Below the pieces are notes generated by a model. It did no database searches and had not been told where the DNA came from. It was given only the letters and a program-made list of their open reading frames with translations. Below are positions 16,257 through 26,657 of a stretch of DNA of 37,263 bases, one piece after another. The translations under genes were made by a program, and so were the position numbers. Every line of letters starts with the position of its first letter. The stretch's first letter is position 1. This DNA is from Candidatus Bathyarchaeota archaeon (lineage in GTDB: Archaea; Thermoproteota; Bathyarchaeia; Bathyarchaeales; Bathycorpusculaceae): contig CAWEPZ010000014.1 of assembly GCA_963811105.1 (NCBI GenBank), positions 1-37,263 of the forward strand, given 5' to 3'.

Positions 16257-17630
16257 TTAAGTGGTCAAGTTTTGAGATGTTTCATAAGGTCCCAGGCCGA
16301 TCGCTGCAAATTTTATCTTGGCGAATTCAGGGGGGTTATAAATTCTTCTTCCATCTACTAGAACAGGATGTTTCATATTTTGGATGAAGTCTTTTGGTTT
16401 TAGTTTTTTGAATTCTGACCACTCAGTTATAACTATGGCACAATCAGTATCTTTTAGACAGTTTATGGCCGAAGTAGCATATTGAATCTTGCCTTCAAAT
16501 ATTGTTTTGGCTACAGGCATCGCTACGGGGTCATACGCAATTATTTTTGCCCCCTGTTTCAATAGGTGTTTGATGATTGGTATAGCTCTTGCTTCTCGCA
16601 TATCATCCGTGTCAGGTTTAAATGCCAATCCTAAGATCGCAATCTGTTTTTCTTTAAGCGACCCAACAAGCTTCTCACATAGCTGAATTGCCCGCAGTGG
16701 CTGATTCTTGTTAATGTTTTCGACGGAATCTAAGATTAATGGATCGTAGCCTAAGCTTTTTGAGCATGCGATTAAGGCTTTGACATCTTTAGGGAAGCAC
16801 GAGCCACCGTAGCCGATGCCAGCATCTAAGAAGAAAGGGCCTATCCGCTCATCTAAACCCATTGCTTTTGCCACAGTTGTAACATCAGCGCCCGGGATTT
16901 CTTCGCAAATGTTGGCGATCATGTTAATGAAACTAATCTTAGTTGCCAGCAGCGAGTTGCAAGCATATTTAATTAATTCAGCGGTCGCTAAACTAGTTCT
17001 AATTGTTGGAGGCGGATTTTTATCGTAAAATCCTTTGTAAAAATTTCCTAATGTGCCGCCTGATTTTTTGTCAAATTGACCTATTACCAGGCGGTGGGCG
17101 TTGACCGTATCTTCGAAGGCGGATCCTTGCCGTAGGAATTCTGGGTTCATGCATAATCCAAAATCTTTACCGCATTTCCTTTGCGATTCTTGTTCAAGAA
17201 TTGGCTTAACTGCGTTTTGTGTTGTGCCTGGAATAACTGTGCTTTTCACAATTGTTACATGATAAGAGCTTGTTTGTTTGAGAGCTTTGCCGATGTCTCT
17301 TGCCGCTGATTCAATGTATTGAAGATCTATGCTTCCATCTGGTTTGCTCGGCGTTCCGACCGCGATGAAAGTAAGATCTGTTTCAAGAACTGCCTGTTTG
17401 GTTTGGTTGAATAGGCATTTGATGTTACCGTTTTCTAATCCTTTTTTGAGAAGTTTGCTTAGTTGAGGCTCATGAAAAGGTGGAGTGCCCTTGCTGATTT
17501 TCGCTATCTTTTTGGGGTCATTGTCTACAGCAATTACTGAATAGTCCTTACTTGCAAATCCAACAGCGGTGCATAAGCCAACATAGCCAGCTCCTATTAC
17601 TGAAATAGCGGGTTTTTTCAATTCAATCAC
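16257..17630 (-). CDS. ugd: UDP-glucose 6-dehydrogenase
   Basis: GAGYVG, VGTP, KSTVIPGT, NPEFLRQG, catalytic GYGGSCFPKD and GLAFKPDTDDMRE. Confidence 0.92.
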   Translation of the reverse strand: MIELKKPAISVIGAGYVGLCTAVGFASKDYSVIAVDNDPKKIAKISKGTPPFHEPQLSKLLKKGLENGNIKCLFNQTKQAVLETDLTFIAVGTPSKPDGSIDLQYIESAARDIGKALKQTSSYHVTIVKSTVIPGTTQNAVKPILEQESQRKCGKDFGLCMNPEFLRQGSAFEDTVNAHRLVIGQFDKKSGGTLGNFYKGFYDKNPPPTIRTSLATAELIKYACNSLLATKISFINMIANICEEIPGADVTTVAKAMGLDERIGPFFLDAGIGYGGSCFPKDVKALIACSKSLGYDPLILDSVENINKNQPLRAIQLCEKLVGSLKEKQIAILGLAFKPDTDDMREARAIPIIKHLLKQGAKIIAYDPVAMPVAKTIFEGKIQYATSAINCLKDTDCAIVITEWSEFKKLKPKDFIQNMKHPVLVDGRRIYNPPEFAKIKFAAIGLGPYETSQNLTT

Positions 17631-17712
17631 TCGGCTATTCTCGATTTTAGCTCATATATTCAAATCAAATATATATTGGTTTGAGAAGAAAAGAAGAGCG
17701 AGAATCAGCAAC

Positions 17713-18582
17713 ATGATAAATAAAGTTATTATTCCAGCAGCTGGGTTAGGCACTCGACTTTTTCCAGCAACCAAAGAGCAACCGAAAGAGATGTTGCCAG
17801 TTTTTTCAGCCACATCTAATGGTGATTTGTCTGTGAAGCCTGTGTTGCAGATTGTTTTTGAGCAGCTATACAACGCTGGAATTAGGGAGTTCTGCTATGT
17901 AGTTGGCAGGAGTAAACGCAGTATTGAAGATCATTTCACACCCGATTCAAGCTGTATTCAAATGCTCGGAGACTTGGGCAGAGATGGACAAGCTGCTGAC
18001 ATGAAGGATTTCTATGAAAAGCTGGAAACTTCAACTATTATGTGGGTAAATCAACCTGAGCCTAGGGGTTTTGGCAATGCTGTTCTAATGGCTCAACCCT
18101 TTGTACAAAACGAAGATTGCTTGGTACATGCTGGCGACAGCTTGATAATCTCAAAAGACATGGATTACATCAAAAAATTGGTGAATGCTTTCGAACGTTT
18201 AAAGGCAGATGCGGCTTTTATAGTGCTTGAAATTGACAATCCGAAGCAATACGGAATCGTTGAGGGCGTAGAAGTTGAAGAGGGAATTTTACGGGTTAAA
18301 TCAGTAGTTGAGAAGCCCGAGAAACCGACGACCAACTTAGCAATTATAGCTATGTACGTTTTTCGACCAGTCATTTTCAAGGCTTTAGAGGCGACAAAGC
18401 CAGGAAGGTATGGTGAAATCCAACTTACAGATGCAATTCAAAAGCTTGTTGATTGGGGATTGAGCGTCTATGCGATTAAGCTTGATAGAAGCTACGGACA
18501 TTTAGACATTGGCAGCCCCGAAAGGTATTGGCAAGCCTTAGAGCTATCACATAAGTATCTTTTTCGGGGAAAAGACAATTGA
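17713..18582 (+). CDS. galU: UTP--glucose-1-phosphate uridylyltransferase
   Basis: IPAAGLGTRLFPATKEQPKEMLP, QPEPRGFGNA, VEKP and GEIQLTDAI. Confidence 0.88.
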   Translation: MINKVIIPAAGLGTRLFPATKEQPKEMLPVFSATSNGDLSVKPVLQIVFEQLYNAGIREFCYVVGRSKRSIEDHFTPDSSCIQMLGDLGRDGQAADMKDFYEKLETSTIMWVNQPEPRGFGNAVLMAQPFVQNEDCLVHAGDSLIISKDMDYIKKLVNAFERLKADAAFIVLEIDNPKQYGIVEGVEVEEGILRVKSVVEKPEKPTTNLAIIAMYVFRPVIFKALEATKPGRYGEIQLTDAIQKLVDWGLSVYAIKLDRSYGHLDIGSPERYWQALELSHKYLFRGKDN

Positions 18583-19607
18583 TTGATAAAATAATTTCTG
18601 AGGATATTCTGAAGATAAAGGACGCCGCTAAGAAGGATGAATTTGAAGAAAAGAACGTGCTTGTTACTGGTGGCGCTGGCTTTATTGGAAGTTGGCTTTG
18701 CGATATGCTTGTGGATTTTGGAGCCGAAGTGACAGCGATGGATGACTTATCAACGGGCAGAAGTGAAAATATTAATCATCTAATCGGAAACGCATCTTTT
18801 AAGTTTCTAAAGGCAGATGTTTGCGCTTTTGACAGCCAGGAAAAGTTTGATTTTATTTTTCATATGGCAGGGCATGCCTCTCCCGATGAATATCAGATGC
18901 ATCCGATTGAGACCTTGAAGACTAGCGCGTTGGGTAGCTTTAGAATGGCGGAGTTAGCAAGGAAGTATGATGCTACATTGCTGTTTGCGTCAACTTCGGA
19001 AGTATATGGTGACGCAGAGATTATTCCTACACCTGAGAGTTACTGGGGAAAAGTAAATCCCATTGGACCTAGATCCTGCTATGATGAAGGAAAGCGTTTT
19101 GCTGAAGCTTTGCTTATGGCTTATAGCAAACAATATAGATTGGATATTAGAGTGCCAAGAATCTTTAATTCTTATGGTCCACGTTTGCGAGAGGACGGCT
19201 TATACGGTAGAGCTATGTCACGCTTTATACTACAGGCACTAACTAATCAACCCATAACAGTCTACGGCGACGGTAAGCAGACCCGGTCATTCTGCTACAT
19301 AACAGACACAGTAACAGCATTAATGCAGCTGATTGCTAACGCCAACGCGAAAGGAGAAGTTGTAAATGTAGGCAATAATCAAGAAGTCACAATTCTTAAA
19401 TTAGCGCAAAAAATTAAGGATATAACAAAATGCAAATCAAGAATAGAATTCCAGCCATTGCCAAAAGATGACCCTAAGAGACGCTACCCAGATACGGGGA
19501 AAATTGAAACGCTGGTTGGATGGAAGCCAAACATTAACTTTGAAGAAGGCCTCAAAAGAACAATTATATGGTTCCAGCAAAAGAAGCGAATTAAAGCTAT
19601 ATCTTGA
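18579..19607 (+). CDS. uxs: UDP-glucuronate decarboxylase (UDP-xylose synthase)-like extended SDR
   Basis: TGGAGFIG, ASTSEVYGD, ESYWGKVNPIGPRSCYDEGKRFAE, QTRSFCY and DDPKRRYPD are UXS1 signatures. Confidence 0.85.
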   Translation: MIDKIISEDILKIKDAAKKDEFEEKNVLVTGGAGFIGSWLCDMLVDFGAEVTAMDDLSTGRSENINHLIGNASFKFLKADVCAFDSQEKFDFIFHMAGHASPDEYQMHPIETLKTSALGSFRMAELARKYDATLLFASTSEVYGDAEIIPTPESYWGKVNPIGPRSCYDEGKRFAEALLMAYSKQYRLDIRVPRIFNSYGPRLREDGLYGRAMSRFILQALTNQPITVYGDGKQTRSFCYITDTVTALMQLIANANAKGEVVNVGNNQEVTILKLAQKIKDITKCKSRIEFQPLPKDDPKRRYPDTGKIETLVGWKPNINFEEGLKRTIIWFQQKKRIKAIS

Positions 19608-19845
19608 AAATTAATTGTCTCTAGGCCTTCCGCTTTATCGTTAAGCGGGTGTGATTTAGGCACTCACAATCTCTTGTTGTTGAAGAAATATAGGTGCACA
19701 GTTCACTTTATAAAATGTAATATTCTCGCATTCTCAAATCTGCAGTTTATGATTCATTGTCTTTTGAAATATTCCGATTAACGAAGTATCGCTTATATCG
19801 TTTCTTGTGGCTTGTTTTATTAAGGAATAAAAAAGAGGGAAAAGA

Positions 19846-20121
19846 ATGGCTTCAAAAATAATTTTGCTACGGGCAAAGCAAACAGTCAACCTTGCAGGAT
19901 GTTGTATTCTATTGCTCTACACTCTGAGCGGTTTAATGTTTCAAGGTGGCATGTGGCTAATTTCGGGAGCATTTTGCTGGTTTGTAATTGTTAGCGGTTT
20001 TCTTGTTAGTCATATCTATTGTTATTATAAGAAACGTTTACAAGAGATATCATTCAAAACTGAGCGCCCGAAAAATAGAAAAGGAGAAGCGTGGCATGAA
20101 AGGGGATCATTCCATTTTTAA
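19846..20121 (+). CDS. small membrane protein, hypothetical
   Basis: Two hydrophobic segments and a basic tail. GAGGG upstream of the ATG. Confidence 0.45.
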   Translation: MASKIILLRAKQTVNLAGCCILLLYTLSGLMFQGGMWLISGAFCWFVIVSGFLVSHIYCYYKKRLQEISFKTERPKNRKGEAWHERGSFHF

Positions 20122-20215
20122 CCTAGAATTCTAGCCTTTATGAACTTACATTTCGCCTCAGTATCCTACATGATCTGGTAATCGGCCCATGTTTGTTGGG
20201 TTCGAGATTAGGAAT

Positions 20216-20422
20216 TTATATAAAGCCTATCAAGACCGTAACAAGAAAGGCAATTCCGCATCCTATGCCGGCAAATCTCATTCGGGTTTTGTTGATATAG
20301 ATTCTTATTGAATAGTCTTGTGATGAGCTAAGAAGTTCAGATGTACTAAGAAGTATTATAGCCGTGGCCGCTAGCCATAAACTGATGTCTGAAATTGTTA
20401 GCGGGATGTTCATGTGGATCAC
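20216..20422 (-). CDS. small 2-TM membrane protein (paralog of 26458..26655)
   Basis: PLTISDISLWLA..AIILL.TSELL...GIAFLVTV. Confidence 0.7.
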   Translation of the reverse strand: MIHMNIPLTISDISLWLAATAIILLSTSELLSSSQDYSIRIYINKTRMRFAGIGCGIAFLVTVLIGFI

Positions 20423-20476
20423 AGTTACCTTTTGTTATAAATCTAGGATAAAGTTAATTCATGTACTTCAAGTTTG

Positions 20477-22303
20477 TTATAGAGATTTATACACAAGTAA
20501 CAAAAACTGTTCCTTGAAAATTTTTCGGCTATTATCAATAACGCCTTTTAAGTCATACTCAGGAATTACTTTATCTATACTAGCCTTAAGCGCTTCAATG
20601 TTGACTTTAAAGTTAGTACTGTCAGCTAAGAATTGCAAGGCAAGTTCTAGTTTATGATACTCTTTATCGTTTTCTTTCTCTCCAGCCACTTTGCCAAGCA
20701 AAAGATAATTTAACGCATAATAGGATAAAATTATAGCTTTTGCATTTAGGAAATTTGGAATGCTCTCTTTGAGGTCATCATCAGGGCTTAAATTGTCAAA
20801 ATAACCGTAGATGACTTGTAGCATGCTGTGGGCTTCTTTTGAAGTTTCTTCAGGAATCTCACTTTTTATTGCTGTTGAGATTTTTAGGAAGTTCAAGTTC
20901 AATGGAGGCATTAATTGCCCTGTGAAACTGAAGGTCTCCAAAAGATCCTTAGAAGAATAATTCTTTAACCGTTGCCAATGAATTGGTTTTTTCTGCAGAC
21001 CAATAAGAATGTCAAATGCGAAATCAACAATGCCTACTGAAGCATTAATTACCGCTAACAGTTCATTTCTTCTTATAGCTACTTTCCATAAATCCTTGGT
21101 TTTTTGCTGCTCCTCAAGTATCGTGTTAACTTCATCACATAAATTAATGAACAATTCAGAGTTTTCATTCGTGTAGAACGTGTCAGTTACATTTCTCCAT
21201 CCTACTTCTAACGTATTTCCAAAATTCTCAATGTTGGTTATTTCATAAACAGGAATTTCCTTAACGATAACGAATCGTTTTTTAAGGAAACCTTTCTCAA
21301 TAAAAAATCTTACAGTATTATCAAATATCTCAGCTTTAGTCACAAGGAGACCCTTGGGTTTTAGTTCGGGAATATCCTCTCGATTTTCGAGAGCGATAGG
21401 TTGCTCGAGATCCTTAGGCTTTTCTTCGACCTTGGGTTTCTCTTCCGCCTTTGGTTTTTCTTCCGGAATGTCTTCCCAATATTCGAGATCGACGGATTGC
21501 TTCCTTGATTCAACAATGTTGAAGATTACATTAATTGTATTGCCTTTTGAGTTGGTTTGTATTTCTCGTATCATTGTGGGTTTGCCCGTGGATTTTGCAA
21601 TAGCGCAGCCTACTGCGTTGACCAGTGGGCATCCGAGCAGTTTAACGCTTTTGAGATTATGTTTTGGGCTATATAGGTTCTTATAAAGTGAGTCATGAAT
21701 ACGTAGAATTGCCTCGTTCTTGTTTGTGGTCATTTCAATTTCTTTGGCTAAATAGAGCACACTGAAAAAGTCTGGCAGTGTCATATCAAGTTCGCTTAAA
21801 GGGATTTTGGTGAAGTCTGTTTTGTGTTTTTGTTCGATTTTGTCCAATAAGCTTACACCGGGGGATGTTATCAGAATCCCTTTTGGTTTTTCCACTAAGA
21901 ATTTGCCTCTCGCTATGTCTTCAATTTCTGCTATTCCATCAGTGTAGGCAGCTGGGATGAATGTAACCATTTCTTGTAGACCTTTCAGGTGGTCAGGCAA
22001 GTAAATATCTCTCGGACATGGGGGGATGTTATATGCTTCGTTTTTAGGAATGAGACAATTGAGCATTCTGTCTATGTTCAAGTAACCAGGTAAAGATGAT
22101 GTTATTAAGAAACTAGCTTCAACATGTTTTGGGGGTGGTATTAATAAGAATAGGGCACCCCAGAAAACTAAGCCTAAACCAATTAAGGAAAATATTTGTG
22201 AATTTGAAAAAACCGACACGACGAACAGTGTGATTCCTGAAACCAAAAATATGAATGCAAGTAGAAATGAATCAATTTTTGATTTTTCTGGTTTTTTTTG
22301 CAT
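20477..22303 (-). CDS. membrane-anchored hypothetical protein (608 aa); N-terminal ~265 aa homologous to 26658..27446
   Basis: Two N-terminal TM helices, G..FW..L.L...P, IT.PG.SL and GCPL..A..CAIAKSTGKP. It also has a charged EEKPK-repeat linker and extra C-terminal domains. Confidence 0.75.
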   Translation of the reverse strand: MQKKPEKSKIDSFLLAFIFLVSGITLFVVSVFSNSQIFSLIGLGLVFWGALFLLIPPPKHVEASFLITSSLPGYLNIDRMLNCLIPKNEAYNIPPCPRDIYLPDHLKGLQEMVTFIPAAYTDGIAEIEDIARGKFLVEKPKGILITSPGVSLLDKIEQKHKTDFTKIPLSELDMTLPDFFSVLYLAKEIEMTTNKNEAILRIHDSLYKNLYSPKHNLKSVKLLGCPLVNAVGCAIAKSTGKPTMIREIQTNSKGNTINVIFNIVESRKQSVDLEYWEDIPEEKPKAEEKPKVEEKPKDLEQPIALENREDIPELKPKGLLVTKAEIFDNTVRFFIEKGFLKKRFVIVKEIPVYEITNIENFGNTLEVGWRNVTDTFYTNENSELFINLCDEVNTILEEQQKTKDLWKVAIRRNELLAVINASVGIVDFAFDILIGLQKKPIHWQRLKNYSSKDLLETFSFTGQLMPPLNLNFLKISTAIKSEIPEETSKEAHSMLQVIYGYFDNLSPDDDLKESIPNFLNAKAIILSYYALNYLLLGKVAGEKENDKEYHKLELALQFLADSTNFKVNIEALKASIDKVIPEYDLKGVIDNSRKIFKEQFLLLVYKSL

Positions 22304-22480
22304 TCGCGTTCTTCGCCGGGTTAAATTTACTATTACCCTTGGTCAAGATTATTCTTTTATGATTTGAAATATGAACTATGAGTGCTTCAATTGTCTGGAT
22401 TATTGTTGATTAATGTTTAAGAGTCTTTCGATGACAATTGCAGCTCTTTTTTTTGAACCCTAAAACTCCATACACCATAA

Positions 22481-22777
22481 TCAAAATATAACCCATCGAG
22501 AAACATATGGCATGCTCCGAGTAAGCTTAGAAAAACCATGAATGTTGTTTTTCCTCGACTTCTGATGAAGATGCTCAAGCCTTGGGCCTCCGAAGGCTAG
22601 AAAGAGGGAGATGATTGCATTCAAGCATTCGACCTCAAGCCGTTCTTCAAAACTCAAATGAACAAAACTTATGTCTTCAAACTTTTCTTTCAGCTTTGTA
22701 AGGATCTCTGAAGCATTATTGCCGTTTTTGGCTAACTCTTTAAAAGCTTCATAGATAAGCTTGAGTTCAGGGTTCAT
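22481..22777 (-). pseudogene. hypothetical ORF or probable gene fragment
   Basis: The frame extends about 24 codons upstream without a start codon and the C-terminus looks frameshifted. No motif recognised. Confidence 0.3.
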
Positions 22778-23107
22778 AAACTGATTGTGATACGCCTGCT
22801 CAGTCCATAACTTTTTGATTCTGACAGAAGCAACTAAAAGTATTAGAAGTTATCAAATTCCCCATAAACTAAAAACGTACCAACCTCAAAAGAACAAAAA
22901 ACCTCTCGAAAAACAATTAATATTCTAACGTCGAATTAAAGCAGTCCCAAACTACAGCAACATTGCAATAAATTTGAAAAAACAAAAGACTTCTCTAAGG
23001 TGGTTGGCCTCTCCTATTAACGACCAACTATGCCTTAGAGCTCAAACGACAACAAAATATGTCCAATATTAATTAGTTATAGACGGGTGCTAAATTTTAG
23101 GGTTTGG

Positions 23108-26100
23108 TTATGTATTTTCAGGTTTTCGTCTTAAGCGTTTCACCGCTATTACAGCATAAATTAATGTGATTTCGGGGACAGTTATGGCGACGGCAATCAC
23201 AATTACAAATGATGTTGCATGCGACGTTAAAGGTACTGCAAATTGTATTTTCACTAGATGTGTACTAAATTGTGTCGTGTACCATACGTAAAAGTTTTTA
23301 AGGTCTTGCGTGTAGCCCTGATTTGTAGCTTGCTGGCCATCTACGAATACAACTGGAGTAGTCTCATTCGGCACAAAGATTTTTGGAATAGTCATATTGC
23401 TATATCCTGTGGTGCCGCTTTCGCCTGTCAATGTGAAAGATACTGTTGTTGATTTGGCAGACTGGCTTATTGCTATAGTAATGTTGGAAATCTGGAGACT
23501 TGTTACGTTTCCTGTGATTAACAGATTAACGGTTGTGCCGTTATCTGTCGTCGCTGTAACATATGTTGCTAATGGAGTTGGAGAAGGCGATGGTATTGCT
23601 GATGGGATTGAAGTAGCTTTCGGGTTACTTGTTGTCCAAGGTGTTGAAAATGGAGTTGACGTCTCAGTTGGTATTGGAGTAGGAGTTGGAGTAGGAGTTG
23701 GCGCAGGAGTTGGAGTAGGTGTAGGAGCAGGAGTGCTTGTCACAGTAAATGAGTTGCTGGTACCAGAATGACTACCATCAGTAGCCATAATATTAGCGCT
23801 TGAACCCGCAGTATCCACCGTAACTGAAGACGATCCTACGCCGTTAACGAAGGCATTCATCGCGCCAGGACTAATTGATCCAGCAGAGTACGTCAAAATC
23901 GGCGTACCAGTATAGCCTGTAACCGTGTTCACATAAGCATCCTTAGCCATTACTGTTATCTTGAAAACAGAACCGGCAGTCTGAGGACTATCGATAATAC
24001 TGAAAATGAAGCTGTTGAGAACATCAGGATTAACCGTGAAGATGGCGCTTGTTCCATACATGCCAGAACCAGTTGTGAAAAGTGTAACTCCTGAACCTGC
24101 GCCAGTGACTGTCACTGAACCTGTCCAAACACCACTTAGGAAGACACTAGTGCTAGTTGGACTAATAGTTCCAGTTGAAACATTCAAACTGTTAGATCCA
24201 ACATAGTTCGTAAGGGTGTTGTTAGAAGCGTCCTTAGCGGTAATTGTTATGCTAAACGACGTTCCGGCAATTTGAGTACCCATGGAGCTAAACACGAAAT
24301 GATCAAGAGGAGGAATATTTACCGTAACCGACACTGCGGAAGAATTCAATGAAGCGCCCACATTATCCTTTACCTGAAGGATGAAACTCCAACTACCAGT
24401 CGCCGTGACAATTGAAGTGACAAAACTGAAACTTGCAGAGTTTGAACCTGCCGTAACGTAACTCCCGCCAGGAGCCTTCTGAAGCCACTGATACGTATAC
24501 GGAGAAGTACCCGTAGACACAGCAGAAGAAGTCAAACTACTAATCTGACCCTGAGTAATTATTCCAGGAGCAGGGGTCACAGATGGAGCAACCAAAGCAG
24601 AATTCACCGTAACAGACACAGCAGAAGAAGCCACCACTGCTCCAGCCGTATCAGTAACCTGAAGTTCAAAACTCCAAGATCCCGTAGCCGTAGAACCAGA
24701 AGTAACAAAAGAATAACTCCCAGAAGTTGCACCACCAATCGCCGAATAAGAACCTGCACCAGGAGCCTTCTGAAGCCACTGATACGTATACGGAGAAGTA
24801 CCCGTAGACACAGCAGAAGAAGTCAAACTACTAATCTGACCCCGATCAACCGTACCAGCAGAAACAGACACAGATGGAGCAACCAAAACAGAATTCACCG
24901 TAACAGACACAGCAAAAGACAGAACCGAAGTCACACCTAAACTGTCAGTAACAGTCACAGTAATAAAGAAAGAACCGGAAGACACGGAAGAAAAACTAAA
25001 CGTAGACGCAACCTGACCACTCTGAGTAGACCCACCTACATACCACTGATAACTTGTGTAAGTGCCTGAACCGCCGCTAGGAGCAGCCGAGAACGTCTTA
25101 GACTGCCCAACATCCATAGCCCAAGAAGTAGGCGACACAGTAACAGTCGGAGCAACATTCACCGTAACAGACACAGCAGAAGAAGCCACCACTGCTCCAG
25201 CCGTATCAGTAACCTGAAGTTCAAAACTCCAAGATCCCGTAGCCGTAGAACCAGAAGTAACAAAAGAATAACTCCCAGAAGTTGCACCACCAATCGCCGA
25301 ATAAGAACCTGCACCAGGAGCCTTCTGAAGCCACTGATACGTATACGGAGAAGTACCCGTAGACACAGCAGAAGAAGTCAAACTACTAATCTGACCCTGA
25401 GTAATTATTCCAGGAGCAGGGGTCACAGATGGAGCAACCAAAGCAGAATTCACCGTAACAGACACAGCAGAAGAAGCCACCACTGCTCCAGCGGTATCAG
25501 TAACCTGAAGTTCAAAACTCCAAGATCCCGTAGCCGTAGAACCAGAAGTAACAAAAGAATAACTCCCAGAAGTTGCACCACCAATCGCCGAATAAGAACC
25601 TGCACCAGGAGCCTTCTGAAGCCACTGATACGTATACGGAGAAGTACCCGTAGACACAGCAGAAGAAGTCAAACTACTAGTCTGACCCCGATCAACCGTA
25701 CCAGCAGAAACAGACACAGATGGAGCAACCAAAGCAACATTCACTGTCAAATAAGCCGTACCAGTATGACCGCTATCATCATTGGCAAAAATAGTAATGA
25801 ACCCCGCATTAGTCAAAGTTACCGAGCCACTCCAAACACCGTTTGACCAGTCAGAAGTCCCTGTTCTATTGGGAGTAATTGACCCGGGAGAAGCAGACAA
25901 ATCCACAGAAGCGCTGAAGCTTGTAACCGTGGTTAAATCCGCATCTTTAGCTGTAACAGTAAGAGTGAAAGGAATATAGGCTGTCACTGAACTAGGACTC
26001 TTAACGGCAAATTGAGACAAAGGGAGTGTTTGGGCTTTGACTTGCGTGCTTGCGATTGCGCAGATTGACAACGAAATCAAAAATGTGACTACAAGTAATT

Positions 26101-26113
26101 GAAATTTCTTCAT
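23108..26113 (-). CDS. large secreted cell-surface protein with tandem Ig/PKD-like repeats (1001 aa)
   Basis: Signal peptide, four 97-aa repeats (..YTYQW...F.LQV.D..G..SSAVSVTVN), T.TAKDA Ig-like domains, PT linker, C-terminal domain, TM helix and basic tail. Confidence 0.85.
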   Translation of the reverse strand: MKKFQLLVVTFLISLSICAIASTQVKAQTLPLSQFAVKSPSSVTAYIPFTLTVTAKDADLTTVTSFSASVDLSASPGSITPNRTGTSDWSNGVWSGSVTLTNAGFITIFANDDSGHTGTAYLTVNVALVAPSVSVSAGTVDRGQTSSLTSSAVSTGTSPYTYQWLQKAPGAGSYSAIGGATSGSYSFVTSGSTATGSWSFELQVTDTAGAVVASSAVSVTVNSALVAPSVTPAPGIITQGQISSLTSSAVSTGTSPYTYQWLQKAPGAGSYSAIGGATSGSYSFVTSGSTATGSWSFELQVTDTAGAVVASSAVSVTVNVAPTVTVSPTSWAMDVGQSKTFSAAPSGGSGTYTSYQWYVGGSTQSGQVASTFSFSSVSSGSFFITVTVTDSLGVTSVLSFAVSVTVNSVLVAPSVSVSAGTVDRGQISSLTSSAVSTGTSPYTYQWLQKAPGAGSYSAIGGATSGSYSFVTSGSTATGSWSFELQVTDTAGAVVASSAVSVTVNSALVAPSVTPAPGIITQGQISSLTSSAVSTGTSPYTYQWLQKAPGGSYVTAGSNSASFSFVTSIVTATGSWSFILQVKDNVGASLNSSAVSVTVNIPPLDHFVFSSMGTQIAGTSFSITITAKDASNNTLTNYVGSNSLNVSTGTISPTSTSVFLSGVWTGSVTVTGAGSGVTLFTTGSGMYGTSAIFTVNPDVLNSFIFSIIDSPQTAGSVFKITVMAKDAYVNTVTGYTGTPILTYSAGSISPGAMNAFVNGVGSSSVTVDTAGSSANIMATDGSHSGTSNSFTVTSTPAPTPTPTPAPTPTPTPTPIPTETSTPFSTPWTTSNPKATSIPSAIPSPSPTPLATYVTATTDNGTTVNLLITGNVTSLQISNITIAISQSAKSTTVSFTLTGESGTTGYSNMTIPKIFVPNETTPVVFVDGQQATNQGYTQDLKNFYVWYTTQFSTHLVKIQFAVPLTSHATSFVIVIAVAITVPEITLIYAVIAVKRLRRKPENT
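24468..25733. repeat. near-identical intragenic 291-bp repeats (4 copies)
   Basis: CCTTCTGAAGCCACTGATACG recurs at 24475, 24766, 25321 and 25612 (spacings 291, 555, 291). Confidence 0.9.
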
Positions 26114-26457
26114 GTTTCTTCATTCTGACATTTATGGTTGACTTCGACTTGAATAAATTATTTATTAAAATATTGTTTCTATTTGCTTAAACCTTTCCTA
26201 TTCTTATACTTTCAGAGTTGTGCATAAACAAGATAAAGTTGATTAGACTTGATGATTAAGCTGAGAAAATAATATATTTGTCCAGATTATGTGAACAAAC
26301 AATATTAACCTATGAGTATTTAGCTGGATCTTTATTCCTGAAAGGTTCAAAAATGTTCACCATTTACTTTGGTTTTGGTTGTCTTTGAAGTATTATTTCT
26401 GATAAATATGCCAGAGTTTCCTATCTAATATTTTGCTATTGGTGAAGTTTAATATTT

Positions 26458-26655
26458 TCATAGAAGGTCTATGGCAACAGTTACTACAAACAAGAGGCCT
26501 AGCACTAACGCTATATTCCGAAGTTTCTTCATGTCTGAGATTAATGTCTTTTCTCCGAAAATAAAAGGTATAAGTTCAGCTGTGACAAGGAGAAGAATTG
26601 CGCTTACAGCTAGGAGAATGCTTAGATCTTGAACAGTTAAGGGAGGAAGTAACAT
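26458..26655 (-). CDS. small 2-TM membrane protein (paralog of 20216..20422)
   Basis: PLTVQDLSILLAVSAILLLVTAELI...GLLFVVTV. Confidence 0.7.
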   Translation of the reverse strand: MLLPPLTVQDLSILLAVSAILLLVTAELIPFIFGEKTLISDMKKLRNIALVLGLLFVVTVAIDLL

Positions 26656-26657
26656 TT

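Noticed and set aside
24468-25733. 291-bp repeats as DGR template/variable repeats
   Set aside because: They are in-frame domain duplications with rare differences that are not adenine-specific.
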